From the NCBI GenBank assembly GCA_002099625.1, contig GCA_002099625.1_4857.1: a stretch of 64,000 nt of DNA. One strand, 5' to 3'. Position 1 is the stretch's first letter. The number at the start of each line of letters is the position of its first letter. Under the pieces are notes generated by a model. It searched no databases, had not been told where the DNA came from, and saw nothing but the letters and a program-made list of their open reading frames with translations. Shown here piece after piece: positions 46,838 to 54,830 of the stretch. The position numbers were made by a program, and so were the translations under genes. Source of the DNA: Escherichia coli (GTDB lineage Bacteria; Pseudomonadota; Gammaproteobacteria; Enterobacterales; Enterobacteriaceae).

Positions 46838-47536
46838 TTAGGGTATTAGGCGTTGGGCTATTTCGCGGAGTTGGTCGCGGGTTAAATCAGCCAACTTCTG
46901 GTCGCCGAAGCCCAACTTCAGACCCAGCTCGTATCCAGCTTGCGGATACGTGTTCGTGTTTGCTACTGAGAGGAGTGCATCGGCTATCTTTACCATCGTT
47001 AACTCGAGAGACGCATACGGGGCGGGGATCGGCTGATTCACGATTTGGTAATTATAACGCACTGCGGCGTTATCGTAGTCAAACTCCATCCTTCTGCCGA
47101 GAACGTTAAACGACTCCGCAGAATAACTACCAAATGGGTGATTGGCTTTTTCCCACAAATCTTTCCGTTCAGTAAACCCAGTCGCGAAGTTCTGACGTAT
47201 GGTGTCGAATATTTGCGTTGCCTGGCTAGGGTGTATATTTTTCAGCTCATTGTAGTCGTAGTCGGCGATGGAATATAGAGTGAACACAACACCGTTTATA
47301 TTTAACTGCGGATAATCCATCCGCAGACTATCATCACCTTGTAAATGAAGTTCCCACATCCTCACCCACTGCAATATCGCACTTACCGCATCGTGACTGA
47401 GATAAAAATTAGTAGGTTCTTCAGAATTTTCACGGAAGGGAACAGAGCATTCCGATGCAAAAAAGCCGGCTGCCATAAATCCTCTGCCGTCGAACATAGG
47501 CGCAACTAATCTTGATTTTTCTAAATTGATTACCAT
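46838..47536 (-). CDS. hypothetical protein
   Basis: 232-aa ORF; SD TAAGGAG; class B promoter 30 nt upstream. Confidence 0.55.
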   Translation of the reverse strand: MVINLEKSRLVAPMFDGRGFMAAGFFASECSVPFRENSEEPTNFYLSHDAVSAILQWVRMWELHLQGDDSLRMDYPQLNINGVVFTLYSIADYDYNELKNIHPSQATQIFDTIRQNFATGFTERKDLWEKANHPFGSYSAESFNVLGRRMEFDYDNAAVRYNYQIVNQPIPAPYASLELTMVKIADALLSVANTNTYPQAGYELGLKLGFGDQKLADLTRDQLREIAQRLIP

Positions 47537-47566
47537 TACTGTCTCCTTAAGTTAAAACCGAACGAC

Positions 47567-47595
47567 TCTCTCCCTAAGATAATATCTATCTATAA
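47567..47595 (-). promoter_or_regulatory. class B phage promoter-like motif
   Basis: Minus-strand TTTATAGATAGATATTATCTTAGGGAGAG. Confidence 0.55.
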
Positions 47596-47599
47596 ATTT

Positions 47600-47642
47600 T
47601 TAGAAAAAAAGAAAAAGCTTACTCCCCGAAGGGAGTAAGCTA
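47600..47642 (-). terminator. intrinsic terminator
   Basis: Stem gcttactccc/gggagtaagc with cgaa loop; T-run on minus strand. Confidence 0.75.
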
Positions 47643-47671
47643 ATCTTAGGCAACGTAATCCTTACGGATTA

Positions 47672-49969
47672 TTAGCCGCCAGCGCCTTCACCGCCAGTAC
47701 CTGGCTGGGTACCGCCGCCAACATCACCAGCATTACCACCGTCAGTACCGCCGGTACCGTTGGAAGTAGTAGTGACGTTGAACGCCAGTTTCTCTTCCAC
47801 GAACTTGGTGATACCTTTAATCCAGATCAGACCAGTGATCGGGCAGTGGCAGATGTGCGCGTTACGAGGCTGTACTGCCAGCTCTTTGCTGGTAGCGCCG
47901 TTACGCTGGATGTTGATGTTGGTTACCATGATCGGAGACCAGAAGTGGTTACCCCAGTTCAGAACACAGTAAGAACCATCATCAGCGGTTGGAACTTTCA
48001 GAACCCACTGCAGGCGGCGAGTCCAGCTGCCGTCAGCTTCGTTCTTCACACGCCAGCGGTCATCGTTGGTGGTGATAACTTCGTACTCGTAGCGATCGCC
48101 CAGCAGACGCTGGTCACCCTGAACCAGCAGCAGCATTGCAGCAGTCGGTTCGTCAGTTGCGATAACAACTTTCGGCAGTGCGTTCGGGTCCGCAGTCAGC
48201 AGGCGCAGAGCCGGCATGAAGCGAGAGTCCTGGATAGCACGAGTTACCTGGTCACCGATACGCTGTACCAGACCCTGACGGGCGTTGATGAGCGCATCTT
48301 TGGTATCCAGAGACTGGATCACTTTGTCCACTTCGTAGTCGCTTTCGCTGTACCACGGAGCAACCCAGTGACGGCCCAGGCCGCGGATAGCAGGTTTGTC
48401 CCACGGAGTGATCATGGACGCAGCTGCGTTCTTAACCGCTTCGGTGTAAGACAGAGTCTGAGTGATAGCCAGCATTTCGTTACGGATGTTAACCGCAGAA
48501 ACGAGGTCGTCCAGACGTTCGGTGTCGTCGTATTCAACGCCAACCGGAGATTTGGTCATGATCGGAGAACCGTACTGCAGTTTGTAGTTCTCTTGTTCCC
48601 AAATCGGGTCGAGCAGAAGGCCCTGGGTTCTCCGGTTCTCGTTGGTACGAGTACCGTCGAAGCGCCAGCCCAGCAGCTCCAGTTTCAGGTTGTCGATGAT
48701 CACTTTACCGGTGCCGCTTTCGATATCAACAGCAGTACCAGTTGCGTCGTACAGACCTTCGATTTCCAGAGACGGTGCAGTCACGTCAACACGACCAGAG
48801 AACTGACCGTTGGTGAACAGAGACATGCTGATGTTCATGGAATAACGAATGGTGTAATCGTTCTGTGCCAGAGCGGCCAGTGCCGGGATTTCAGCACCTT
48901 TCCAGTCCAGAGACTTGGCGTTCAGGGAGAACACGGTGCGACGGAACTGCAGGACCAGCTCACGGCCATCACCTTCAGGAGGACGCTGGAAAGTAGCGAA
49001 CTGCATGTCGCGTACGTTCAGTTTGATCAGCGCACCATCTTTCGCTTCTTCGGTCGGCTTACGCACAGACAGCAGCAGGCTACCCAGCGCCGCACCCGGT
49101 GCGATTTCGTCGGTTTCATCGTAACCTTCCTGCACGATACCCGGATGGGCAGACAGCTGGAACAGGTTCAGACGACGTTCAGAGAAGCTCAGGTAGTTGG
49201 TCGGATACGCCGGCACACGACCCAGCTGAACGTTTTCGTTTTCGATGATGTCTTCGGATACGAAGAACTTCGCGTTCTCGCCGGTTTCCATCACGTAAGG
49301 AACGATACGGATAGCATCGTCCTGCAGGACTTTGTGGTTAGACAGCGCGTTATGCAGCGGCTGACGGTTGTCTTCAACCACGTCTTTGGTCAGCAGGGCG
49401 TTCAGGATACCACGAGTTACAGTAGTAACTTTGGTACGAACGGTGATGCCGACGTCGTTGGTGTCCACAGTGATGGTCGGGAACAGGGTTTCTGCAAACT
49501 TGGATTGAGTTTCCAGAGCACGCACGTTCAGCGTCCAGGTCAGACCCAGGTTTTTGTCCAGGTCTTTGTTGGTGTAGTATTCGGTTGCGACCAGCGGAGT
49601 TTTACCGTAGTCAGCAGCCAGAGATGCTGCACCGGAAATAGCGATCGGCATGTAGCTGGCATATTCCGGCTTCGCGCTCTCAGCAGCAACACGGGTCATG
49701 AAGTCATCTTCGTGACCGGCAGCAGCCAGAATCATCGCAGAAGCAACCTGAGCAGCGTGGCTCATGGTTTTGCCAGGGTTTACAGCTTCGTAGTGCTGCT
49801 GAGCAGTGTCACGCAGGTTGGTGAAGCCGGCAGCATTTTTACGTACAGATTCGCCAACGGCTACGGTTTGCCATACGTCATTAGCGGAAGAGCCTGCCTT
49901 GGCAGCAGCGACCAGAGCATTGCCCTGCTGAACCAGCTGGTCCAGACTAGCGATACGGGTATCTTTCAT
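47672..49969 (-). CDS. abundant large structural protein, major capsid or sheath candidate
   Basis: 765-aa ORF with strongly biased codon usage, strong downstream terminator, Gly-rich C-terminal tail; the antisense 715-aa plus ORF has R/V/F/Q-rich junk-like composition. Confidence 0.55.
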   Translation of the reverse strand: MKDTRIASLDQLVQQGNALVAAAKAGSSANDVWQTVAVGESVRKNAAGFTNLRDTAQQHYEAVNPGKTMSHAAQVASAMILAAAGHEDDFMTRVAAESAKPEYASYMPIAISGAASLAADYGKTPLVATEYYTNKDLDKNLGLTWTLNVRALETQSKFAETLFPTITVDTNDVGITVRTKVTTVTRGILNALLTKDVVEDNRQPLHNALSNHKVLQDDAIRIVPYVMETGENAKFFVSEDIIENENVQLGRVPAYPTNYLSFSERRLNLFQLSAHPGIVQEGYDETDEIAPGAALGSLLLSVRKPTEEAKDGALIKLNVRDMQFATFQRPPEGDGRELVLQFRRTVFSLNAKSLDWKGAEIPALAALAQNDYTIRYSMNISMSLFTNGQFSGRVDVTAPSLEIEGLYDATGTAVDIESGTGKVIIDNLKLELLGWRFDGTRTNENRRTQGLLLDPIWEQENYKLQYGSPIMTKSPVGVEYDDTERLDDLVSAVNIRNEMLAITQTLSYTEAVKNAAASMITPWDKPAIRGLGRHWVAPWYSESDYEVDKVIQSLDTKDALINARQGLVQRIGDQVTRAIQDSRFMPALRLLTADPNALPKVVIATDEPTAAMLLLVQGDQRLLGDRYEYEVITTNDDRWRVKNEADGSWTRRLQWVLKVPTADDGSYCVLNWGNHFWSPIMVTNINIQRNGATSKELAVQPRNAHICHCPITGLIWIKGITKFVEEKLAFNVTTTSNGTGGTDGGNAGDVGGGTQPGTGGEGAGG

Positions 49970-49981
49970 TTCAAGTTTACC

Positions 49982-50506
49982 TTATTTAGATAAATGACAT
50001 GCGTACAACTGCGTCAGCACTTCGTGCGCAGCAAACTGCGTCGACGTACTGAACGTATCATCCACGACACGAGTCTTGGGACGCATATATTTAAAAAGTT
50101 CTGCGCAGAACATCTTTTTCGCAGCGTGGTCTTCACTTAAAGAAAAACCCGGTCCGGATTTAGCTTCTGCAAAAGACGCCACAACAACATCGCCACGTTG
50201 TGAGAACACCCAACGTAAACGACCGTCGAATGATTCCCCATATAAATCAGCAAGGGTTTCATTCGTACCTTTCTCAACCAGGTTTAAGACCTGGTCATAA
50301 TAAAGAGTCGGAAGTGCAGGTGGTGCCATAATCGATTTATAAATCGAAATAGGGTCACTCACTGGCAGTATGATGGAACTAAAGCCCGACGAGCAGTCAT
50401 ATAACCAGTTAAAGAAGCTTGCTTGGAGTTCCTCCAACTTTTTAACGCCAGCCCCTTTATCTATGTTAGATTGAACTTCCCACGGTGGACTAAAACGAAT
50501 TTGCAT
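49982..50506 (-). CDS. hypothetical protein
   Basis: Start at ATG 50506 (MQIRFSPPW), 15 nt from the divergent plus-strand start. Confidence 0.5.
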   Translation of the reverse strand: MQIRFSPPWEVQSNIDKGAGVKKLEELQASFFNWLYDCSSGFSSIILPVSDPISIYKSIMAPPALPTLYYDQVLNLVEKGTNETLADLYGESFDGRLRWVFSQRGDVVVASFAEAKSGPGFSLSEDHAAKKMFCAELFKYMRPKTRVVDDTFSTSTQFAAHEVLTQLYACHLSK

Positions 50507-50520
50507 TTTAAGGATGCTCC

Positions 50521-52083
50521 ATGAATAGTAAAATGATGTTGATAACCGCCTTAGCCGCACTGTATACAGAATCTATGCTGACGGACCCTAGCAAGGATCA
50601 TGATGTCATAAGAAAAGTTCTGATGCAGATCAAGCTTCCGGAATATGCGGAAGATGGCGAAGAGCGCTTTGCACTCATCGAGATCAAGGACATTATCACA
50701 TCTATCATAGACGGCGGCATGGAATACGACCACGCGAGCGTTATGAAGCGCTTGAAGCTGGCCACCACTCAAGTACGTCCTCTATACGATACGATTACCA
50801 AATTCCTCGAAGACGATTTGCCCGAGGAAGAAGACAAACGTACCGAGCATCTTAATCGACAACTGTCTCAATATTATTTCCAATTACGTCAATGTTTACA
50901 GAGCGTCGAACTCAAAACAAAAATGGGTCGCGCGTTCGGAGCATTGAATGGAACTGAGACACGTGTTGATCTGAACACCGCAGTGCTCGAACTCAAAGAG
51001 GCGCTATCTACGTTCGGTGAACGCTCTCATAATAAGATTCCATCACTGGTTGGTGAGCTGGTTACGGATAATCGTGCTCCGTTTGTTAAAGTGTTCGACT
51101 CGATTAACAAGAAAGCAGCAGGTAATGGTTTGCAGACGGGCTGGAAAGCCATTAACCAAATGCTCGGTTGTAACAAAGGGATTACCGAAGAACTGTGGCT
51201 AATGCCGGCGTTACCTTTTAACTGTAAGTCTTTGTTCAGTCTCTTACTGAGCTTGTCGATTCCTATCTTCAACACGCCTGAGAAAGTAATGGCGGATGTG
51301 AAGGGCACACTGCAACCAATTATTCTTGACTTGAGTTTAGAAAACGAACTCGACGTTAACTTAGCTTACGGCTATCAAGCACTGTACGGTCATTTTGAAG
51401 GACAAGTTCCACAGATGACCATTGCCCAAGATGCGACCGCTGAAGAGAAGTTAGCACACACAACAGCAATGTCTGATTACCTCTGTGGTAAGATTCGCGC
51501 AAACGGTTGGGACTACGTTTTCCAAAAGCACACCAACTCCGATTTTAAAGTGCACTACATCAACGACCTTATTCTCGACTTACGTCGTCGCGGTTATCAT
51601 GTTGTTGGCATTCGCGCAGACTACTTAGGCACAATCAGCAAAGCAGGACACGGCAACGGTATTGCCGGGAGTGATATCAAAGAAATTTATCGTATTGCTC
51701 GTAACATCCAAGTGGTACGCAACCGTGGGTTCTTAATTGCCCCACACCAGATTTCCCCAGAAGGTAAGCGCTTAAAAGCGTTAGACCCGGTAGGTTTCTG
51801 TAAGAACTTACCTGGTCGTGGTCTTTACGATAGTTGTTCGAGCCTTGATAACGAGGCCGATGGTGAAATGTATTTTAACAAGCGTGTGGTCAACGGCCAT
51901 AGCTTCTTAGAAGTTCAACGCGGTAAGCACCGCACCATTATCGATACTAAAGAATCTTATCACTACACAGTGATACCTTTCCAGGATGTTGGCATCCTGC
52001 CTTGGGATTGTGATAAAGAAGAAACCGTAACAGCGTCGTCTATCAACTTCTTCACCGGTGGAATGGGTGATGATTTGTTCTAA
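50521..52083 (+). CDS. hypothetical protein, plus-strand
   Basis: Continuous 520-aa plus ORF with SD AAGGA; minus frames fragmented. Confidence 0.55.
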   Translation: MNSKMMLITALAALYTESMLTDPSKDHDVIRKVLMQIKLPEYAEDGEERFALIEIKDIITSIIDGGMEYDHASVMKRLKLATTQVRPLYDTITKFLEDDLPEEEDKRTEHLNRQLSQYYFQLRQCLQSVELKTKMGRAFGALNGTETRVDLNTAVLELKEALSTFGERSHNKIPSLVGELVTDNRAPFVKVFDSINKKAAGNGLQTGWKAINQMLGCNKGITEELWLMPALPFNCKSLFSLLLSLSIPIFNTPEKVMADVKGTLQPIILDLSLENELDVNLAYGYQALYGHFEGQVPQMTIAQDATAEEKLAHTTAMSDYLCGKIRANGWDYVFQKHTNSDFKVHYINDLILDLRRRGYHVVGIRADYLGTISKAGHGNGIAGSDIKEIYRIARNIQVVRNRGFLIAPHQISPEGKRLKALDPVGFCKNLPGRGLYDSCSSLDNEADGEMYFNKRVVNGHSFLEVQRGKHRTIIDTKESYHYTVIPFQDVGILPWDCDKEETVTASSINFFTGGMGDDLF

Positions 52084-52216
52084 CGAACACTGGGGAGCTT
52101 AGGCTCCCCTACGGGCAGTTTATGCGTCCTGCCAAGATCAAAAAAAAATACGACGAACTATTTATATGCATGGAATTACCCGAGTGTTCCAGCACTCGGG
52201 TAAGAGTTATTTCATG

Positions 52217-52363
52217 TTAACTTTTGTTTAGTAGTATTTCACCTCCTAAACCCTTGATACGACGAACAGTGTTCTGCTTGGGCGCAGTCAACTGTTGTAC
52301 ACGTTGGTTGAATTGGGTTTGCTTAACGTAATAGTTAAGTATTTGCGAACGTAGTTGTTCCAT
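52217..52363 (-). CDS. micro-protein, paralog A (48 aa)
   Basis: ATG 52363 with SD AAGGAGG; ends IKGLGGEILLNKS; paralog of 52476..52622. Confidence 0.5.
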   Translation of the reverse strand: MEQLRSQILNYYVKQTQFNQRVQQLTAPKQNTVRRIKGLGGEILLNKS

Positions 52364-52379
52364 GTAGTGCCTCCTTAGG

Positions 52380-52400
52380 CAGGTTGTTAATATATCGCTG
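52380..52400 (-). promoter_or_regulatory. class A-like promoter variant
   Basis: Minus-strand CAGCGATATATTAACAACCTG shares the ATATATTA core; low confidence. Confidence 0.3.
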
Positions 52401-52439
52401 CGCTGTGGTGGTACACAATGCACCGATATACTGTCACGG

Positions 52440-52468
52440 GAGTTAAAAGGGGTGCTCGAACACCCCTG
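52440..52468 (-). terminator. intrinsic terminator
   Basis: Stem aggggtg/cacccct; T-run on minus strand; after stop of micro-ORF B. Confidence 0.6.
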
Positions 52469-52475
52469 GTTAGTG

Positions 52476-52622
52476 TTACTTCTTATTGAAGATGATGTCA
52501 CCTCCTAGTCCTTTAATGGTACGGGTGGAAGTCTGCGTTGGGCGGCTAACCTCTTGCAGACGTTGTTGAAAAGCGACTTGTTTCAGCTGTTGCTGACGCA
52601 GTTGTTGCATAAAGGTATTCAT
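52476..52622 (-). CDS. micro-protein, paralog B (48 aa)
   Basis: ATG 52622 with SD AGAGG; ends IKGLGGDIIFNKK; below the 60-aa cutoff of the ORF track. Confidence 0.5.
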   Translation of the reverse strand: MNTFMQQLRQQQLKQVAFQQRLQEVSRPTQTSTRTIKGLGGDIIFNKK

Positions 52623-52648
52623 GTTAACCTCTAAGTGGATGTGAATAA

Positions 52649-52690
52649 GCTCTCTCCTTCGGGAGAGAGCGCCTTTTATTTTCTTTTCGG
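52649..52690 (+). terminator. hairpin with plus-strand T-run
   Basis: Stem gctctctcc/ggagagagc with ttcg loop followed by ttttattttcttttc on plus strand; also lies in the 5' UTR of micro-ORF B. Confidence 0.4.
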
Positions 52691-52731
52691 AAAATAAATA
52701 TAAAACCCTCTTACCCGAAGGTAAGAGGGGT
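52690..52731 (-). terminator. intrinsic terminator
   Basis: Stem ccctcttac/gtaagaggg with ccgaagg loop; A-run on plus strand. Confidence 0.7.
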
Positions 52732-52735
52732 ACTA

Positions 52736-53596
52736 CTACGGTTTATAATCAACTTCGTTGATCTTGCCGCAAGCCGGACAAGCAATGTTCATTGTCTGCG
52801 AAGTATAGCGATGGGTTCTCGGTACTGTAGCGACATGGTTGCGGTTACAGCCGGAACACGTCCAGCCAACCACTGGTGCCTTCGATTGTTTCTGGGCAGG
52901 TGTGTCTTCTTTTAACAATGCGACTACCGCGTGAAATTTACGAAGCTCTGCGTTAACATGCGCTTCCCAGTCGGCGTCCAAACGCGCCGTGAACCAACGT
53001 TGAATCTTCTGGCCAAGTCCGTCTTGATTTTCTTCTTCATGGGACATCACAAACTTGAGATTTGCACGACCCCATTGCACGACGTTCTCTACTTTAATCC
53101 CGTCTACGGTGTCGCTGATTGGCGTATAGTTAAAAGTTGGATAGGTGAGATAACAAGCTTCAGCTGTTGCAAAGACAGTATTGCCTTCAAACAGTGCCAT
53201 GGCCTCATCGCCCTTAGCATCCTTCTGTGCGGCTTCCAATCGTGGGCAATGGAAACCTTCAAGTTGCTGGATTTTGGTCGTTAGCACATTGATACCCTGT
53301 AGCACGGCAATGCGCTTTTTGCTGTCTGTGATCGTCGCCATTACCTTGCACAACGCGCGCGAGATAGCGCTATACATTGACGTTTTGCGGTTTTCATCGA
53401 GGAAACGCTCTTGCTGCTCCAGGTCGTAAGAAGACAGGCCGTAGCTCTGCCCTTCGACCAACACGACATAAGTACGACGTTTGTCGCGGTCCAGCTGGAC
53501 AATGGCCGCATCGGTTAACGGATCGCTAGCCAATACTTCGTGGTTGGGAGGTAGGGGGAAATCCGAACTTTTGATAAAATCAGTAATGCTGTACAT
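52736..53596 (-). CDS. hypothetical protein with C-terminal zinc ribbon
   Basis: 286-aa ORF; C-terminal CSGCN...CPACGK. Confidence 0.55.
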   Translation of the reverse strand: MYSITDFIKSSDFPLPPNHEVLASDPLTDAAIVQLDRDKRRTYVVLVEGQSYGLSSYDLEQQERFLDENRKTSMYSAISRALCKVMATITDSKKRIAVLQGINVLTTKIQQLEGFHCPRLEAAQKDAKGDEAMALFEGNTVFATAEACYLTYPTFNYTPISDTVDGIKVENVVQWGRANLKFVMSHEEENQDGLGQKIQRWFTARLDADWEAHVNAELRKFHAVVALLKEDTPAQKQSKAPVVGWTCSGCNRNHVATVPRTHRYTSQTMNIACPACGKINEVDYKP

Positions 53597-53599
53597 TTT

Positions 53600-54016
53600 T
53601 TAGTCCTTAAGAGAGTTAATAAAGTCATCTAAACTAATATCACGGAATGGGAAGTAAACACCTTCAAGCGGAATCGTGTAGTGTTCACTAATGGCACGTT
53701 GCCAATCCAGAACAGTTGCAGGGTAGTTCACAACCTCAAAGTTAGGATGCGTGATTGGCGGAATTGCGTTGTAAACATAGCCGTTAATATTTTTCGATGG
53801 GAACGCTGCACGGAACTTCGGCTCCATGTAGAACATTTCTTCTTTTACTTCCTGGCCTTCCCAGAAACGATAGCCACCCTTACCGTCAGGAATATAAATC
53901 GCCTTGTCACGGGGTATAGGGGAATCCTTGGATAGCGGAACAAATCGCCCGTACTGGTCAAGAACCATCCAGTCAGTGTCATTCTTTAAATACTTTTGGA
54001 GCTTCTCATTAATCAT
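53600..54016 (-). CDS. hypothetical protein
   Basis: Start probably ATG 54016 or 54022; the ORF track N-terminal extension runs through the terminator. Confidence 0.5.
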   Translation of the reverse strand: MINEKLQKYLKNDTDWMVLDQYGRFVPLSKDSPIPRDKAIYIPDGKGGYRFWEGQEVKEEMFYMEPKFRAAFPSKNINGYVYNAIPPITHPNFEVVNYPATVLDWQRAISEHYTIPLEGVYFPFRDISLDDFINSLKD

Positions 54017-54032
54017 TTTCATGTTCCTTAGG

Positions 54033-54062
54033 CAAAAAATAATACCACCCGTAGGTGGTATT
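54033..54062 (-). terminator. intrinsic terminator
   Basis: Stem accacc/ggtggt with cgta loop; A-run on plus strand. Confidence 0.6.
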
Positions 54063-54074
54063 AAATTATCTATA

Positions 54075-54263
54075 CTACTTCTTCCCGAGTTCCCCACGGA
54101 ACTTCGCCAGCTCTTCTTTCCAGTCCGGCTTCGGTAGTGCGCTTTTCGGCCCCACGATAAACGTACGTTCTGAGGTTTGCGGATTCACCTCTACTGTTTC
54201 GTTATCTTCCACTTCGCGAAGCACGATTCCGTTTTTACCATCGTAATTAACTAAAACGCCCAT
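54075..54263 (-). CDS. small hypothetical protein
   Basis: 62-aa ORF. Confidence 0.45.
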   Translation of the reverse strand: MGVLVNYDGKNGIVLREVEDNETVEVNPQTSERTFIVGPKSALPKPDWKEELAKFRGELGKK

Positions 54264-54445
54264 TAGTAAATCTCCTGCTGCATTGGAAACACATTACCTG
54301 TCGGTGAGACGAGTAAGACTTGCGCGGTAACGTGAACAATTTCTTCTTCGTCCTGATGACGAACACCGTTAGTGAGATTATCCCACTCACGTTTAACACG
54401 AGGGTGAGATAAGAACTCGGCAAACTGCGTATCAGAAAAGTCCAT
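54263..54445 (-). CDS. small hypothetical protein
   Basis: Start ATG 54445 overlaps stop of upstream micro-ORF (TAATG coupling). Confidence 0.45.
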   Translation of the reverse strand: MDFSDTQFAEFLSHPRVKREWDNLTNGVRHQDEEEIVHVTAQVLLVSPTGNVFPMQQEIY

Positions 54446-54588
54446 TAGCCGCGACCTGTGCACATGGCAACAGAGTTACCGTTATCGATGCATTTGTTGT
54501 AATCTTGAGTTACAGTGATAGACAGTACCGCGAAAGCAACAACAGCAACGATTGCGAAGATGGCACGTTTATGGTTACGAGTTAACAT
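54445..54588 (-). CDS. small membrane protein (47 aa)
   Basis: MLTRNHKRAIFAIVAVVAFAVLSITV...; single TM; first ORF after class A promoter; not in ORF track (under 60 aa). Confidence 0.45.
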   Translation of the reverse strand: MLTRNHKRAIFAIVAVVAFAVLSITVTQDYNKCIDNGNSVAMCTGRG

Positions 54589-54640
54589 GGTAATACTCCT
54601 TTAGCTTAATAGTCGATTGAGTTGATAGATTGTCTTCTAT

Positions 54641-54664
54641 CACCTAGGTAATATATATCTGAAA
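54641..54664 (-). promoter_or_regulatory. class A phage promoter-like motif
   Basis: Minus-strand TTTCAGATATATATTACCTAGGTG followed by hairpin GATAG/CTATC and leader. Confidence 0.6.
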
Positions 54665-54689
54665 TTATTTTTATTCAGAGTACACCCTC

Positions 54690-54795
54690 TATAACGCTCT
54701 CAAACGCGTTTTGAGAGCTTTTATCACTTTAGAGGGTCGTTCTACCGTTAGAGTGGCTTTAGAAGGTTGTGTGTGCGTTTAGAGGGCTAAAATAA
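54690..54795. repeat. intergenic palindrome plus four TTAGARKG direct repeats
   Basis: Inverted repeat gctctcaaa-cgcgt-tttgagagc at 54696..54718; repeats tttagaggg, gttagagtg, tttagaagg and tttagaggg follow over about 60 bp. Confidence 0.5.
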
Positions 54796-54824
54796 AGAGA
54801 CCTGGTCTCACAAGGAGACCAGGC
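54786..54824 (-). terminator. intrinsic terminator
   Basis: Stem cctggtctc/gagaccagg; A-run on plus strand upstream. Confidence 0.65.
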
Positions 54825-54830
54825 ACACTT

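Noticed and set aside
47846-49993. 715-aa plus-strand ORF antisense to the 765-aa structural gene
   Set aside because: Composition is R/V/F/Q-rich and junk-like, typical of the shadow frame of a highly codon-biased gene; the minus-strand product has realistic composition and a canonical terminator.
52092-52109. Hairpin ggggagc/gctcccc as terminator of plus gene 50521..52083
   Set aside because: No U-rich tract follows on the plus strand, so it is at best a weak pause site; discussed under convergent transcription instead.
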